A stretch of DNA of 64,000 bases, from the NCBI GenBank assembly GCA_022813865.1, contig JALDZX010000008.1, positions 248,001 through 312,000 of the forward strand. Direction: 5' to 3'. This stretch comes from Xylographa opegraphella (lineage: Eukaryota). Position 1 is the first letter of the stretch, and each line of letters begins with the position of its first letter. Of this stretch, positions 11,964 through 24,432 are shown in pieces. The notes under the pieces are model-generated. The model searched no databases, was not told the DNA's origin, and saw nothing but the letters and a program-made list of their open reading frames with translations. Position numbers and translations under genes: made by a program.

Positions 11964-13046
11964 TCACACCTCATCCATCTGCCCCGCCGGCTCCTCGTCC
12001 CCGGAGTCGAAGCTGCCGACGGAGCTCATCTCGTCGTCGGACTCGCTGTCGTTGCCGGCTTCATCGGCCGCTTCCTTGGTGGCGTATTTGGAGACATACT
12101 CTGCCGGCCCGGCTCAGCCTACTGTTCTCGTGGTGGAGGTACCTACTGGCCTAGCACGTACCTTTGACCTTTGCGTCGTAGCTTTTCGGCTCTCGCATCA
12201 GGAGCGCGGCCGCTTCCCCGTTCAGGGGGTCGGTCGGGTTCGGGTAGCGCAGGAGCTGCGGGAGGAAGACTTCGAAGATGTTGATCATGTCGAACATGGG
12301 CGACCAGGTCTGGTTGATGACGTCCAGGCATACGGAGCCCGATCTTTTGCGCGCAATGGTCAGATTATCTGTATGGGGGACGGCGGGGCTGAAGGAAAAG
12401 GCGGACAACTCATCGATGTTGGGGTGGAAGATGCGGTTCACGAAGCCGATGCTGGGGCTTTTGTATGGGTATTGGTCCGGGAGCTCGACGTGGACTCGCC
12501 ACAGTCCGCCTTGGAAAGGCGCTGTGCTTTACGTTAGCAAGGGTTTTTGGCGTGTGTTTCTGGGGGGCTGGCGTACTCTCATCGGGCCCCTTGAAGCGGA
12601 CGTAGAACTCTTGCCTGATTCGTGGTCAATTCTATTCTAGCGCTCGGCCAGTGCGGTAGGGTTTTGTATACACTGCAGGCAGTCTTAGTACTTCCAAACG
12701 AGATGACTGGTACGTATGAGGTGCGCAAGTGATGGCTTGGCTGATACGCACTATTGTCATTAACCAGTGTCACTTCATAATCGCTCATCAGCCTGTATGT
12801 GATCCCATCAGTTACCGTCCTTAGGTTCCAATCCCCGGTCATGTCCGGTGTCGGTAGAGGTCGAGGCATTGACGTACATCCTATGGCATTGTTAATAGAG
12901 TCCTCGCGCTTTCTAGGGGATAACATACTTCATGACCTGAGTGCCGATACCGTGTCAGCTTCTTGAACAATATAGAAGTTCCACCTTGATCTGCCAAACT
13001 GCGGTCAACTTACATCTGTCTCGATCCTCCTCTTGGGACTGCTCAT
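11964..13046 (-). CDS. UBC8: Ubiquitin-conjugating enzyme E2, Ubc8/UBE2H (GID/CTLH E2)
   Basis: Exons 13046-13014, 12936-12929 (8 nt), 12880-12878 (3 nt), 12792-12752, 12672 (1 nt), 12614-12577, 12521-12407, 12343 to about 12162 and about 12100-11964. They give [39 protein letters not shown]...[24 protein letters not shown]...YPNPTDPLN followed by an acidic tail. Confidence 0.95.
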
Positions 13047-14813
13047 CTTGCTTCAACTTCTAGGTTTCGTGGAGGCTTTTGCTAGTAATAGGTCTACGGG
13101 ATCCGTGCTTGACGCCTTCGCACTATCTGTGTAGAGCGGGAGGTCAAAGGTACAACTTAGGCGGAAAGGACAAGCTGTCAGGTATTGTGGAGAAGGAAGT
13201 GCTAAGTGAGAGACAAAGAGCTTGAGATGTCCCGGCGTGAAGCGAGCAGTGCGATCTGTCAGAAATAGTCAAAGACACGATAAGTAGCTGGTAAGACAAG
13301 TAGAGTCAGAGCACAGGATATGACACGCAAGCACAAGTGGCAGTGAGGATTGGGCAGTCAAGTGTGCAAGCTCGAAGCCATCAAATGGTCACGCAGAACA
13401 TGGGCGGGGGGTGGGGCGGTGGGATGCATGTTCCAGACTTTTGGTGGTGTGCTGTCAGCCATTAAAGCTTGGACTAGGCGGGCACAAAACATGGGGGGCG
13501 ATGACGATGCACAGCTGCTTGCAGTGGCGGCGCCCGCCCGGACGAATAAGGGCTTTTAGCGGCCAAGCCCACAAACGCCATTTCCACCCATATCTAATGA
13601 CCAAATGAAGCATATATATCCACTTTCAAACGTTATGCTCCACAGTAGTCCCAAGATGCAGGTCTTGCTATCGAAGGATATCTTATCTACTTGAAAATCC
13701 TGTTGTTGAAAATTCCTGCATTCTTTGTACGGCATATGTACGGCGCCGAATGAGTATACAAATGCCGCTGTTCTTCATGGTCCTCATGGGATCCTCTCTT
13801 CTGCTGCATGCCTTTCAAATCTCGCAAATGCTGTTTTCCTAATTTGCTAAATTCTACCAAAGAATGTGTTCGATAAGGCTGTTAACTTTGCACTCCTTGC
13901 GTCCCGCTGACCGGTATGGTAGTCCACTCCATCTGATGGACTGGACTGGGTCGTTTGGGCACCTTGCTGCCACTCAGGTTGGTTCATTTGAAAGTCCGGT
14001 CCCATAATTCCGCTCAGGAATTGCATTTGAAATGCTCAGATTATTTCTCTGTTAGAGCCCTTTCGTGGCTATAGTATCGTCCACGAACAACTCTGTTGGC
14101 GCTACGCCATACATATGCACTATGGCAATATCATATCCCGTCAAAGCATACCCCTCAATTACACACTATAGATCTTCAGTGTACGGAGAGAACGTCAAAG
14201 CTTTATAGCAAGGGGGCCGAAGCTATCAGCAAATTGACCTTGCAGAAGTCTCTCGAACGCTCCGATTCACACGAGTGTTCTTCCCGAACCTGGGAGGCTG
14301 GAGCGAGCTTGAGGCTCAATATGCTGGAGTTACTCTCTCAACTATATCGGCTATGTCACTACTACGTGATAGTTGCTGAACACGACTTAGCCTTTTCATC
14401 AGAGGCTCTATATCCCTGAAACCCACTCCCAACCGCCAACGCAAATGGCTTCTGGCCAACTCTCCTCTTGTCACAACCAATCCACTCATGCTGCACCCAA
14501 GAATTAGGTCATTTCAATAGGGAAAAATTCCCACAAAGGTGAAAAAAGCGAGTGGCGGAGGAATATGTATAGTCTTCTATGCAAGTATGTACAGCCATTA
14601 TCAGACTCGCTCCAGGTGCCTCAGACCCTGCTGTACGCTCAAAACAGAGAGCTCGCTGTCCCAAGAGGTATATCGCCGCAAGCTGTGCCCTACCAAACCA
14701 GCATGGCGCCAGAAATGCGTATGCGGTTGTCCCAAAAGCCGTCGCGATGCACCCATGTCTCTTCAGCACACCTCGTCTCATTATATATACAGGAGCAGGC
14801 CGTCCCATCCTCC

Positions 14814-16992
14814 CTAGTAGTTCTCCGGCAAGCCACTAAAGCTAGGCACCGTTTGGGTACAATTGAAGTCGCGATCCCACACCTTGGCGGGCAAGATGCC
14901 CGCTTGCATGCCCAGTTTCCAGCTCCACTGCACGGCGCTCTCCGTCTGCCACGTCCAGTAGAACCAGCCCCAGCCGATCTCGAAGCTCGTCATCTGCGCC
15001 TCGGCGTTCATCATCAGCCACTGCTTGTAGGTGTCGCTGTAGTCGCTCGGGTCGGCGTTGGCGTCGGCGCACTTGCACGTGCCGCTGTTGGGGGGGCAGG
15101 ACGGGGTGAGGATGCTACCGGCCGAGGGCGCGGAGCCGAGGTTCATGTTGCCCGCCCAGCGGGAGCCGACGCCGACGTTGTTGAGGTATTGGGTGCAGTC
15201 GGTGTCTGCTTGGGACCATTCGCCGCAGAGGGTGGGGCCGTAGCTGAGGTGGGGAGTTAGTGTATGGTTATAATTGGTGAGAGATGAAGAGAGGAGAGAG
15301 AACTAACCCCGTGGCGACATCGATGCTCTGTTTCATCTGCGCGCTCCACCCGGAACATGCGAAGTTGATCTTGGTCTGGTGCGTGAATGCAATCTGCTGC
15401 ACGTTGAAAATGACATATTGATGCGCGTCCATCACCAGGCCCTCGATGCCTTGCAGCTTCCCTTGCCAATTGGGAAGGCCGAGAAAGCCATCTCCGAATG
15501 CGATGGTCTGCTTGATACCGTTCTGACGTGCCGTACTGACCACCGTGGTCGTCCAGTCAAGCACGGGCTGGATGGGAAGGAGCGTCATTCTGGGCTCATT
15601 CAGGAGCCCGTAGATCCCAATGACGTTGTTGTATCGTGGCTGAGCGAAGAAGGTGGACAGCTGGTTGTGGATGTCAAGTGACCGCTGCGCATTGAGCGCT
15701 CCGTCCGTGCCATTGATCCATCCGATTGCGCCTTGTCGGCCGCTATGATTCCATCCATTCTGACTTCCTGGCACGGCGTGGAGGTCCAGATTCACGCGGA
15801 GGCCGTACTTGCGCGCGTACTCAATCCCGCGGAGCAGATATCGCCAAGATATCTTGGGGACATAGGGGTCTCCGGGGTAGGTTGTGACAGCCCAGTACGA
15901 GTAAGGTATCCGCACGTGGTCAAAGCCGGCCGCCTGGATGTCTGCAAAAGTCTGCTCGTTGACGAAGCTCGAATAGTGCTTCTCGATTGTCTGCGCTGCC
16001 CCTGCGGCGCCGAGATGCTGCGACAATGTGTATTCGTCGACAATGCCCAGATTCGAATCGTACGAGTTAAAGAGACTTGGAGTGATGAACGGTTCGAGTG
16101 AAAGCCAGCCTCCTATGTTGACCCCTCGGATTGGCATTTGGCCGTAGTTGAACTTTTGGTTCAAAGGAGGCACATATTGATTTGCTTGCGTGGAATCGTT
16201 CCATGTTGAATTCAATCCCATGATCGGCAACCCTCCGAAGGTCTCATTTGTGTATGAAACATTGAAATTCTGAGTATCGTACCATGTAAAGGGGTCCAGG
16301 TAACTTCCCCTGGCCGCTACTGGGATGTCGTTCTCACTGGTGCCATTCAGATTGGAGTTGTTGGGTGGTCCAGTTGCAGTTGATCCGGCCTGTGCAGAAC
16401 CACTGGCGCTGTTTTGCTTCCCAATAACCAAAACCCCGACCGGAATCAATATAATCAATACCAGCACAAGGAACCCGATCGATATCCAACATATCCGTTT
16501 TCGTCTTCCGTTATCTTCTGAATTCAAGGATGCTACGTAACCTCCCCTCCGCCCTCTGCCTTCTTCCAGAATTGCGCCGCTGACTATTCTTCTGCTCTTC
16601 CGCTTTTCCCTTTTCTCATCGTCCTCGTCGTCACGCCGCCGGTGTTTCCCTCGCTCCTTCAGCACTCTTCCGGTCACCACTTTTTCCTTCTTCTCTCTCG
16701 CCACAGCCCGTTCACGCTCGCTAATCTGCACCTTCTCGTTGAGCGCATTGAGTTTCGCTAAAGAATCGATGCTCAGGACATTGGTAGATGTTTGCGACGA
16801 GGAATAGCCGTCTTTAGATCTTTCGTTGGTTCTCGAACTGCGCTTTGCGGCGCCTTGCGCTTTCTTAGGGCTGTTCGACTTCCTTCCTTCGCCAGACTTT
16901 CGCACAGGTCTTTCGGCAGGAGTATCACCGGATATCGGGCGACTGCGGGATTTTGGCTTGGTTGTTGTTCGCTCTTTGTGAGGACCAGCCAT
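14814..16992 (-). CDS. exgD: Membrane-anchored glucan 1,3-beta-glucosidase, GH5 (ExgD-type)
   Basis: First ATG at 16992. A charged cytosolic N-terminus and one TM segment (WISIGFLVLVLIILIPVGVLVI) precede IRGVNIGGWLSLEPFITPS, HVRIP, DLHAVPGSQNGWNHSG, LLNEP (acid/base), intron 15307-15244, CGEWS (nucleophile) and GWFYWTW. Confidence 0.9.
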
Positions 16993-17589
16993 TGGTGTTG
17001 ATTTACGCAACGATTGGAATGCGTAGGAATTTCATGCGGCAGAAAAATCAACGAAGTCTATCGGTTTAGAGTATCACAACTTTACGAAGAATTATGCGAA
17101 ATGTGATGATGGGTCTGGAATGTCGAACTCGTAATCGCTGGTTTCAATGTGGACAATCGATGGGGTAGCACCAGGCAACGAGCGACCAATAAGAATAGTT
17201 GCATCACACAACGAGCACCTAAGAATGAAGTCTTCGGAACACAAACCACAAATAATAATGAGACGCAGTCTTAGAACAGCGAGTGATAAACATGATGATA
17301 TAGATGTGTGGCCTGATTGAGGAGGGGCGGATGATAAGAAACAGCTGCGCCTGCCCATCACTGTGACCTGCGACAAGCGCAACCAACTTCGCGTTCAGTA
17401 AATTAGTACCGTGTTCGATTGCCCGCAACGAGCAATGCTGCAGTACTCTTGAGCCATCAATTGAGATAGTCATAGGTTGCCCGTAACAGATCATGCATAC
17501 CTGGAGCGAAACATCTTTGTAGTTCACAATTCATCTCTCAATTCTCACACCTGCGTGTGAAATCCTCCAGCGCAAGGCTGAATCTAATC

Positions 17590-17677
17590 TCTTATCCGGA
17601 GATAAGATAGTCGATTGCCAATGCCCGAGCAGAGACTTGGCTGCGCAGAGAAAGAAATTTATCTTCTCTCGTGACTC
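17590..17677 (+). promoter_or_regulatory. Candidate AreA GATA pair and CpcA/Gcn4-type element upstream of ARG4
   Basis: Inverted TCTTATC-CGGA-GATAAGA at 17590-17607 and TGACTC at 17672-17677, 170-260 bp upstream of the ATG. Confidence 0.45.
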
Positions 17678-17848
17678 GATGCCTTCATTCTTGTGGAACT
17701 TGTCAAACCCTGCACCGTAGACTTTGCAAATCTGTTCCCTGTTTGTTTAGCTGCAGCTGTATACCGCGTGCTCAGTCTGGTGATACATCCTTTGTCTTTC
17801 TTCAATTTAGCAGCAGCGGTGTTCAGACTTGTCTATTCTCTTGCTTCG

Positions 17849-19614
17849 ATGGCTGCGCAACAGCAGCCTTCTGCCAATAGCGCCTCAGGCAGGCTCTGGG
17901 GCGGGAGGTTTACAGGTACTATGCACCGTTTCTGTCATGCACTGATGCTGTAATCTAACACCATGCTCCCTAGGCAAAACCGATGAGTTGATGGAGCAGT
18001 ACAACGAATCCCTCAGTTTCGATCGCGTCTTCTATGCCCAAGACATCGCAGGATCTATTGCGTATGCTCGAGCGAACGTGACGACCAAGATTCTCACCCA
18101 AGATGAATTCTTAACGATAGAGAAGGGACTCAAACAGGTTCTCGAGGAATGGCGCACAGACACGTTCCAGATAAAGAAAGGCATCGACGAAGATATCCAT
18201 ACGGCAAACGAGCGCAGATTGGGCGAGATCATCGGCACGGACATTGCGGGGAAGCTCCACACGTACGCGGGAGCTATACCACCGAGCGAATGACTACGAG
18301 AGCTGAAGATATGAATAGGGGACGTAGCCGAAACGACCAGGTTGCAACAGACCTACGGCTATGGCTGCGAGACGAACTCCAAGAAATCGAACGGTATCTG
18401 ATCGACTTGCTCAAAGTCGTCGCCGAGCGAGCGCAGAACGATCTCTCGCTACTCATGCCGAGTTACACCCACCTACAACGCGCACAGGTAACGCACTCAG
18501 CGAGATTCAAAACCCAACCACTAAACGCTCCGCAGCCTATCCGGTGGAGCCACTGGCTCCTCAGCTACGGCGCCTTCTTCGCCGACGACCTCCTCCACCT
18601 CCGCGAAGTCATCAAACGGGTCAACCGCAGCCCCCTCGGCTGCGGCGCCGTCGCCGGCAACGCCTTCCACATCGACCGGGACGCCATGGCGCAGGAGCTA
18701 GGCTTCGACGGCCTACTGCCCAACAGTATGGCCGCGGTCGCGGACCGGGTCTTCATCCTCGAGACCATGCAGTGGGGCTCCACGCTGATGATGAACGTCT
18801 CGCGCTGGAGCGAGGACCTCATCATCTACAGCAGCGGCGAGTTCGGCTTCGTCCGGCTGGCGGACGCCTACACGACCGGCAGCTCGCTGATGCCGCAGAA
18901 GAAGAACTGTAAACTACCCCCCCCCCCACAACCTAGCTTTCTCTTCTTCGCTCCACAACCCCTCTTAGGCTACCTGCTAATTCCCTCCCTCCCGCAGCCG
19001 ACTCGCTCGAGCTCCTCCGCGGCAAAGCCGGGCGCACCTTCGGCCAGATGGCCGGCCTGATGATGAGCATCAAGGGCATCCCGTCGACGTACAACAAAGA
19101 CCTGCAGGAGAGCGTCGAGCCCCTGCTCGCGCACGTCCGCACCCTCAAAGACAGCCTCCTGATCGCTGCCCGCGTGCTCGCCACGCTGACCACCTTCCCC
19201 GCCCGCATGGCCGCCGCCCTCACTCCGGACATGCTCGCCACCGACCTGGCCGAGTACCTCGTCCGCAAAGGTACCCTCCCCTCCCCCACCCCGCCCTTTC
19301 TCGCTTCTCTCATCCCCGCCGCCCTTTCCCACGCGGAAACCACTAACCCTTCCCCACCTCCAGGCCTCCCGTTCCGCGAAACGCACCACATCTCCGGACG
19401 CGTCGTCGCGCTGGCGGAGAAGGAAGGCGTGCCGATGGACCGGTTGAGCCTGGCGCAGCTGCGAGGCGTGGACGCCCGCTTCGCGCCCGACGTGCTGGCC
19501 GTGTTCGACTACGAGCGCTCGGTCGAGATGAAGGACGCGGCGGGCGGCACGAGCAGGCGGGCGGTGGAGGAGCAGATCCGCGGTCTGCGGAACATTATCG
19601 GGATGAAGGGATAG
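17849..19614 (+). CDS. ARG4: Argininosuccinate lyase
   Basis: Motifs: [43 protein letters not shown], signature [31 protein letters not shown] and [10 protein letters not shown]. Five GT-AG introns, including 17916-17973, 18488-18535 and 19271-19363. Confidence 0.97.
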
Positions 19615-19895
19615 AGATTGCAGATGTGATTGTGATTCACGATGGGGGGGGATGGCGTTTTTTTTGCTTAAGCGCGAGGCTCGCGTACCGTTGGTCGCGC
19701 TTTCAGGGGCCGTAGGTAGACTTGAGATGTTTCAATGTCCTAGCTGCGTTGCAGATGGGATTGAAAAGCGGGGTATTTCTTCTATGCTTCTCACTTCAAA
19801 ATGTACTATGAATCCGTGAGCCCACTGCCACCAATACATCTCGGGGTATTTCCTCCAACACGAGCAAACCACCCACGACCGCTTTCCCACCACTC

Positions 19896-21632
19896 TCACA
19901 TCTTGCCCTCCACCGCCCCCGCCACCGCAGGCGGGATACCCTCGTCCGCCAGCGCCCTGAGATCATCCTCACCCATCTCGCCGTCCCAGCCATGGGCGAC
20001 CAGATAGGCGCGGAAAGCCTCATCCTCATTCGCCAGGTCGTCGCCGCGGACATCCTTGACGAAGAAGTAGGTGACGAGGATGCCGGCGACGCCGCAGATG
20101 GCGGCGATGATGAAGGTCCAGCGCTTGCCGAGGTTGTTCTGGATGGGCGTGAAGGCCTCGGTGCCGACGGCGGCGCCGGTCTTGCCCACGGCGGCGGATA
20201 TACCGTAGCAGGTGCCGCGGACGGCGGTGGCGTAGGACTCGGACGAGAGGAGGCCGAGCATGTCGCCGGGTCCGAGGTTACCGGAGGATAGCATCAGGCC
20301 GTAGAAGATGATGAAGAGGGGGATGATCTTGGCGATGCGGTCGTATGCACAGCCGATGATGAGGCCGAAGACGACTGGGAAGCTGGTTAGGGCCGTGTGT
20401 TGCGAGTCGGAGGAGGGGAGGGATGGGAAAGCTCACGGTAGCCGCTGAAGCCCAGCATCATTACGTTCTTACGCCCGAGCCTGTTGCATAGCCAGGCTCC
20501 GATGAGAACGCCGGGGAGGGCAATTGAGCCAAGTAGGAGCTGGTATTCGGCGGTTTTGATGATATCGGCGTTCGGGACGACACTACTGATGATGACCCCA
20601 GAAAAGACACCGTTGGGAAAGGTAACCTGGAACAATGTCAGAGTTGGAGAAGCGTGTTAGACTTGTGTCTTCCTCACAAAATCGTACAGGAACCAGGCGC
20701 CACAGGTTCCGATCAGCGACTTCCAGTAGTATCTAATCACAAGCAGATAAGGAACTCGTCGCTTGATAGCTCCTCTTCTGTAGAGCTTGGAGTTTAGCAT
20801 CCTCAGCCGGAAGTAGAAGACCGTCAAGGGAAGCAAGCAGCCGATACCAAAGCAGACCCGCCATACTGTTGATAGGTGATTTTGTCCGGCCGCGGATATG
20901 ACAATCAAAAAGACGATAACCGCCAAGGGACCTCCAAACGATAAGGGCAAGTTGGTAACAAGGATAAAGACGGGCCCGCGTTGCTTCAGTGTGTATTCAT
21001 TTGCCGCCTCTGAAGCCGATGTCGAAGACGCAGGATATTCGCCTCCGGTACCAAAACCGACAATACCCCGGCACACTGTCAACATCCAAAACATGCCGAG
21101 GATAGTGGCACCGTTGGATGCAGTCGCGAGGATACCACCGACAACGATCAAAGCGGTTGTTGTGACAATAGCAACTTTCCGGCCCAGATAGTCACAGGTA
21201 AGACCAATGGTGATTTGACCCAGAATTTCGCCAACAAGTAAGGCATTGGAAACTTGAGTGCTCACGGCCGAGGTGTACTGGGCCGTGTATTCTTTCTTGA
21301 AGAGCACATTGGTCATGGTCCTTCAGGTGTCAGCAGTATGCCTATGCGAGGTTGATTGCATCGTACATGAGATTGTTCTGGTATCCATCGCTGATCAAGG
21401 CAAAGCCTGCGCAGAACTACGTAGCTCAATTGTCAGCCTCTATGCCAGCCATCGAGCACAGTGCTTTAGTACTCACGATGGTGAACAGATCGGAAAGCCG
21501 CTGTCTCCTCGACGATACTTGCCCCGATGGTGCCGCGGGATCTCCAGGTACCGCAACCACGCCTGGCGCCCCAGCGACTTTTTCAGACTGAGTATGGAGT
21601 TCCTCATCGCTAATGCGATCACTGTCAGACAT
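19896..21632 (-). CDS. GIT1: MFS glycerophosphodiester (glycerophosphoinositol) permease, Git1-like
   Basis: The spliced frame reads FCAGFALISDGYQNNLM, CDYLGRK, RGIVGFGTGGEYPASS, YWKSLIGTCGAWFLYDF|VTFPNGVFS, GNLGPGD and SESYATAVRGTCYGISAAVGKTGA. Four introns. Confidence 0.85.
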
Positions 21633-22049
21633 TATAGTGACCTCCCTATCTCGTTCTCGAGTTCAGGCCAGTACAATGCCACGCGAAGCTGCAACAAAGC
21701 AAAAGCCAGCAGCGCAGGTTTATTTCAAGACCGACAACGAGCTCGTCCGCGAAAGTGCAGCTCAAACCGAAATATAATGGTCACGAAAACTTCGAAGTGT
21801 CTCTAGATAACAGGTCCGAAGTAATGGTCCCCGAAGTCGATCTCCGCGCGAGGCCAGCCAATGGCTACCGGGCGTTGAGAAACGTTCAGTCGCAGCATCG
21901 AGCTACGTCTTGTGAACACTGACACCACACAAGCTCTGGTGCGGGCCCGCGATGTTAGTGGCAGCAGAGATAGGAAGCTCTCTTGAACCTGCGAGCGTAA
22001 CTCGACCGGGTGAGTTTTAGCTCATGGCCACTCGTTTTGCGGGGTTGAG

Positions 22050-22058
22050 CCCACGTGC
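22050..22058 (-). promoter_or_regulatory. Candidate Pho4/NUC-1/PalcA site GCACGTGGG
   Basis: CCCACGTGC on the + strand equals GCACGTGGG on the GIT1 sense strand, about 420 bp upstream of its ATG. Confidence 0.5.
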
Positions 22059-22430
22059 CGCTTTCAGACGTGATCTATGCCGTAGACAGCAGTCATAGCT
22101 TGACAGCGCCGTTAAGTGTCTAAATCGATTCCTGCATCTTGTCCGGAAGTTCTACGATGTGGGAAAACGCTACAGCGTTGAAAGGAAGTACGTTGATGAA
22201 ATAGATTAGATCGAGACATACAAACTCTGACGTATCTGATCCTGAAGCTTCAAAAATATCCCAATGTCCTGCCAAGCCTCCGATAAGCCCTAGCTTATCC
22301 ACTCCGTAGTCTGCCATTTCTCCGACCACACCCATCAAAGGCCCAAACACCAGCTTCAGCTCCAAGGAAAACTAATCACCACCTCTAGAACCCAATCGCG
22401 CCGCTCCCCTCCAACCCGCTTCCACCAAGA

Positions 22431-23057
22431 ATGGCCAGCTCCCCCTCCCCCTCTCCAACCCCTACCGAAGACTCCCCCCCCCCAGCCCTTCTCCTCCCCC
22501 TCTCCGCCTCCGTCCTCCTCAGCTCCCTCCCCACCGACGCCCATACCGCCCTCACCCTTACCGCGCAGCAGGAACACTACCCGCCGAAGATCAAAGTCCG
22601 CTTTCAGCCCATCGGCTCCGCGCCCGCCCTCACGCAGCGCGTCTTCAAGATCTCCGCCACCAGCAGGTTCGAGAGCGTGGTGACGTTTCTGCGCAAGAAG
22701 CTGGGCGTGCGGCGGGAGGAGAGCGTGTTCTGCTACGTCAACAACGTATTCGCGCCCGGGCTGGATGAGGGCGTGGGGGACTTGTGGAAGGTGAGTGCTT
22801 ATTGCCGTAAAAGGGGAGAGAGGAACGGGGAGGTTAAGGAGGTGGATGCTAGGGGGTTTTGGCAAGATTATTTAAATGAAGGGAAATTCTTATGAAAGTG
22901 GTGGAGAATTTGACGGGCAGGGCTGAAGTAGGGCGGTGGCTGGCTGTCTTCCTTCTGAGTAGATGCTGACTGTTAGCTGCGCTAGTGCTTCAAGACGGGC
23001 TTCCAAGGAGACGAGCAGCTCGTCGTTGGGTATTCGATGACGCCCGCGTTCGGCTGA
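22431..23057 (+). CDS. ATG12: Ubiquitin-like autophagy protein Atg12
   Basis: Exon 1 is 22431-22790 ([47 protein letters not shown]) and the intron is 22791-22985. Exon 2 reads [23 protein letters not shown], ending in the conjugation Gly. Confidence 0.95.
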
Positions 23058-23318
23058 TCGGAACGAGTGCGCGTGAATGGGAGTGGAGGCCATTCCGGAC
23101 CTCCGAGGACGAGCTACCATAGTGATATAGGAGTGGAAGAAACCTCGAGTGTGCGTATCTTCTGACATTTCTTCTATGTCAAAAATGCTTAGTCTATTCA
23201 AGACATTCAAACCGCTCCAAATCTCATCTAAATCTGATGAATGCCAGCTCATCAACGCAATAACGCTTGTGAGACACAATCCCGGTATACGCCGATAATG
23301 CAGAAGCAACGATCACAA

Positions 23319-24432
23319 TCATAAAGCGAGTACGATCTTCTTGAATTCCTCGAGCTCTCCTTCAGGAATGGCGTAAGTGTGCTGAGAGGCTGGGTACGCG
23401 CGGCTTTTGACATCGGCTGAGGAAAGGTTAGCGAGATCAATCAAAGAAAATAAGGGTTCGAGCGCACCTTTGTATGCCTCAATAGCCCGCATGCTCTCAC
23501 TCCACACATCTCCATACTGCTTCACGAACTTTGGAAGGAACCTTCCGGGCGGGAAATTGCCAGTCATATCCACTTGTACCAATACCTGCCCGGAACATCC
23601 ATTTCCTGCACCTATCCCAATCGTTGGAATGCTAAGCTTCTTGGTAACGAGACCAGCGACTTCGGCAGGCACAGCTTCGAGCACAACAGCAAAGCAACCT
23701 GCTTCCTGCACCGCAAGAGCGTCTTCCAGAACCTTGAGAGCACTGGCTGTTGTCTTGCCTTGGACCCGAAACCCACCGAGAGCGTTTTGTCTTTGAGGTG
23801 TGAGGCCAACGTGGCCCAGGACAGGTATGCCCGCCTTTGTGATTCGGTGGATCGTGGCGACAAAGTCTCGACCACCTTCGAGCTTGATACCTTGCATGCG
23901 ACCCTCTTTGACAACTCTGATGGCCGATTCTAGAGCTTGCTCCGGCGCTATTTCATAGCAACCCATTGGCAGATCTCCAATCTATCGTTTGGGTTAGGAT
24001 TCGACTTCAAGATTTGCAATCAGTGAGGATATGACATACCGTGAAAGCTGCTTTCGTAGCTCGTGCTACACTCCGACAATGCAAGATCATCTCCTCCAGC
24101 ACCACTTCACTAGTATCTTCCATTCCGAGAGCCACCATAGCCAGGCTGTCACCAACCAGGATCATATCCATACCCGCTGTATCGGCGACATGAGCACTTG
24201 GGAAATCATGAGCCGTAATCATGGTAATTGGTTCTTGCTTCTGATATAGCGAGCGGAGCGAGTTTATCGTAACTTTCTTTCGTTGTGGTGTTAAGGTTGC
24301 TCCCATGGGGGAGTGAGAACTCCAGCGGACGTGAGACTGCGACCGCAGTGTTCGCGCAGCAGCAGGTATCAGCTGGCTCCATTGTCGTGATAATGGTCGA
24401 AGAGCGCTCGATTTGATGAGGGATTGCGCCAT
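23319..24432 (-). CDS. panB: 3-methyl-2-oxobutanoate hydroxymethyltransferase (ketopantoate hydroxymethyltransferase), mitochondrial
   Basis: Arg/Ser-rich presequence, then ITMITAHD, ILVGDSLAMVALG, GDLPMGCYE, IKLEGG, GHVGLTPQ and IPTIGIGAG. Two introns, one at about 24038-23982 and one at 23467-23417. Confidence 0.95.
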
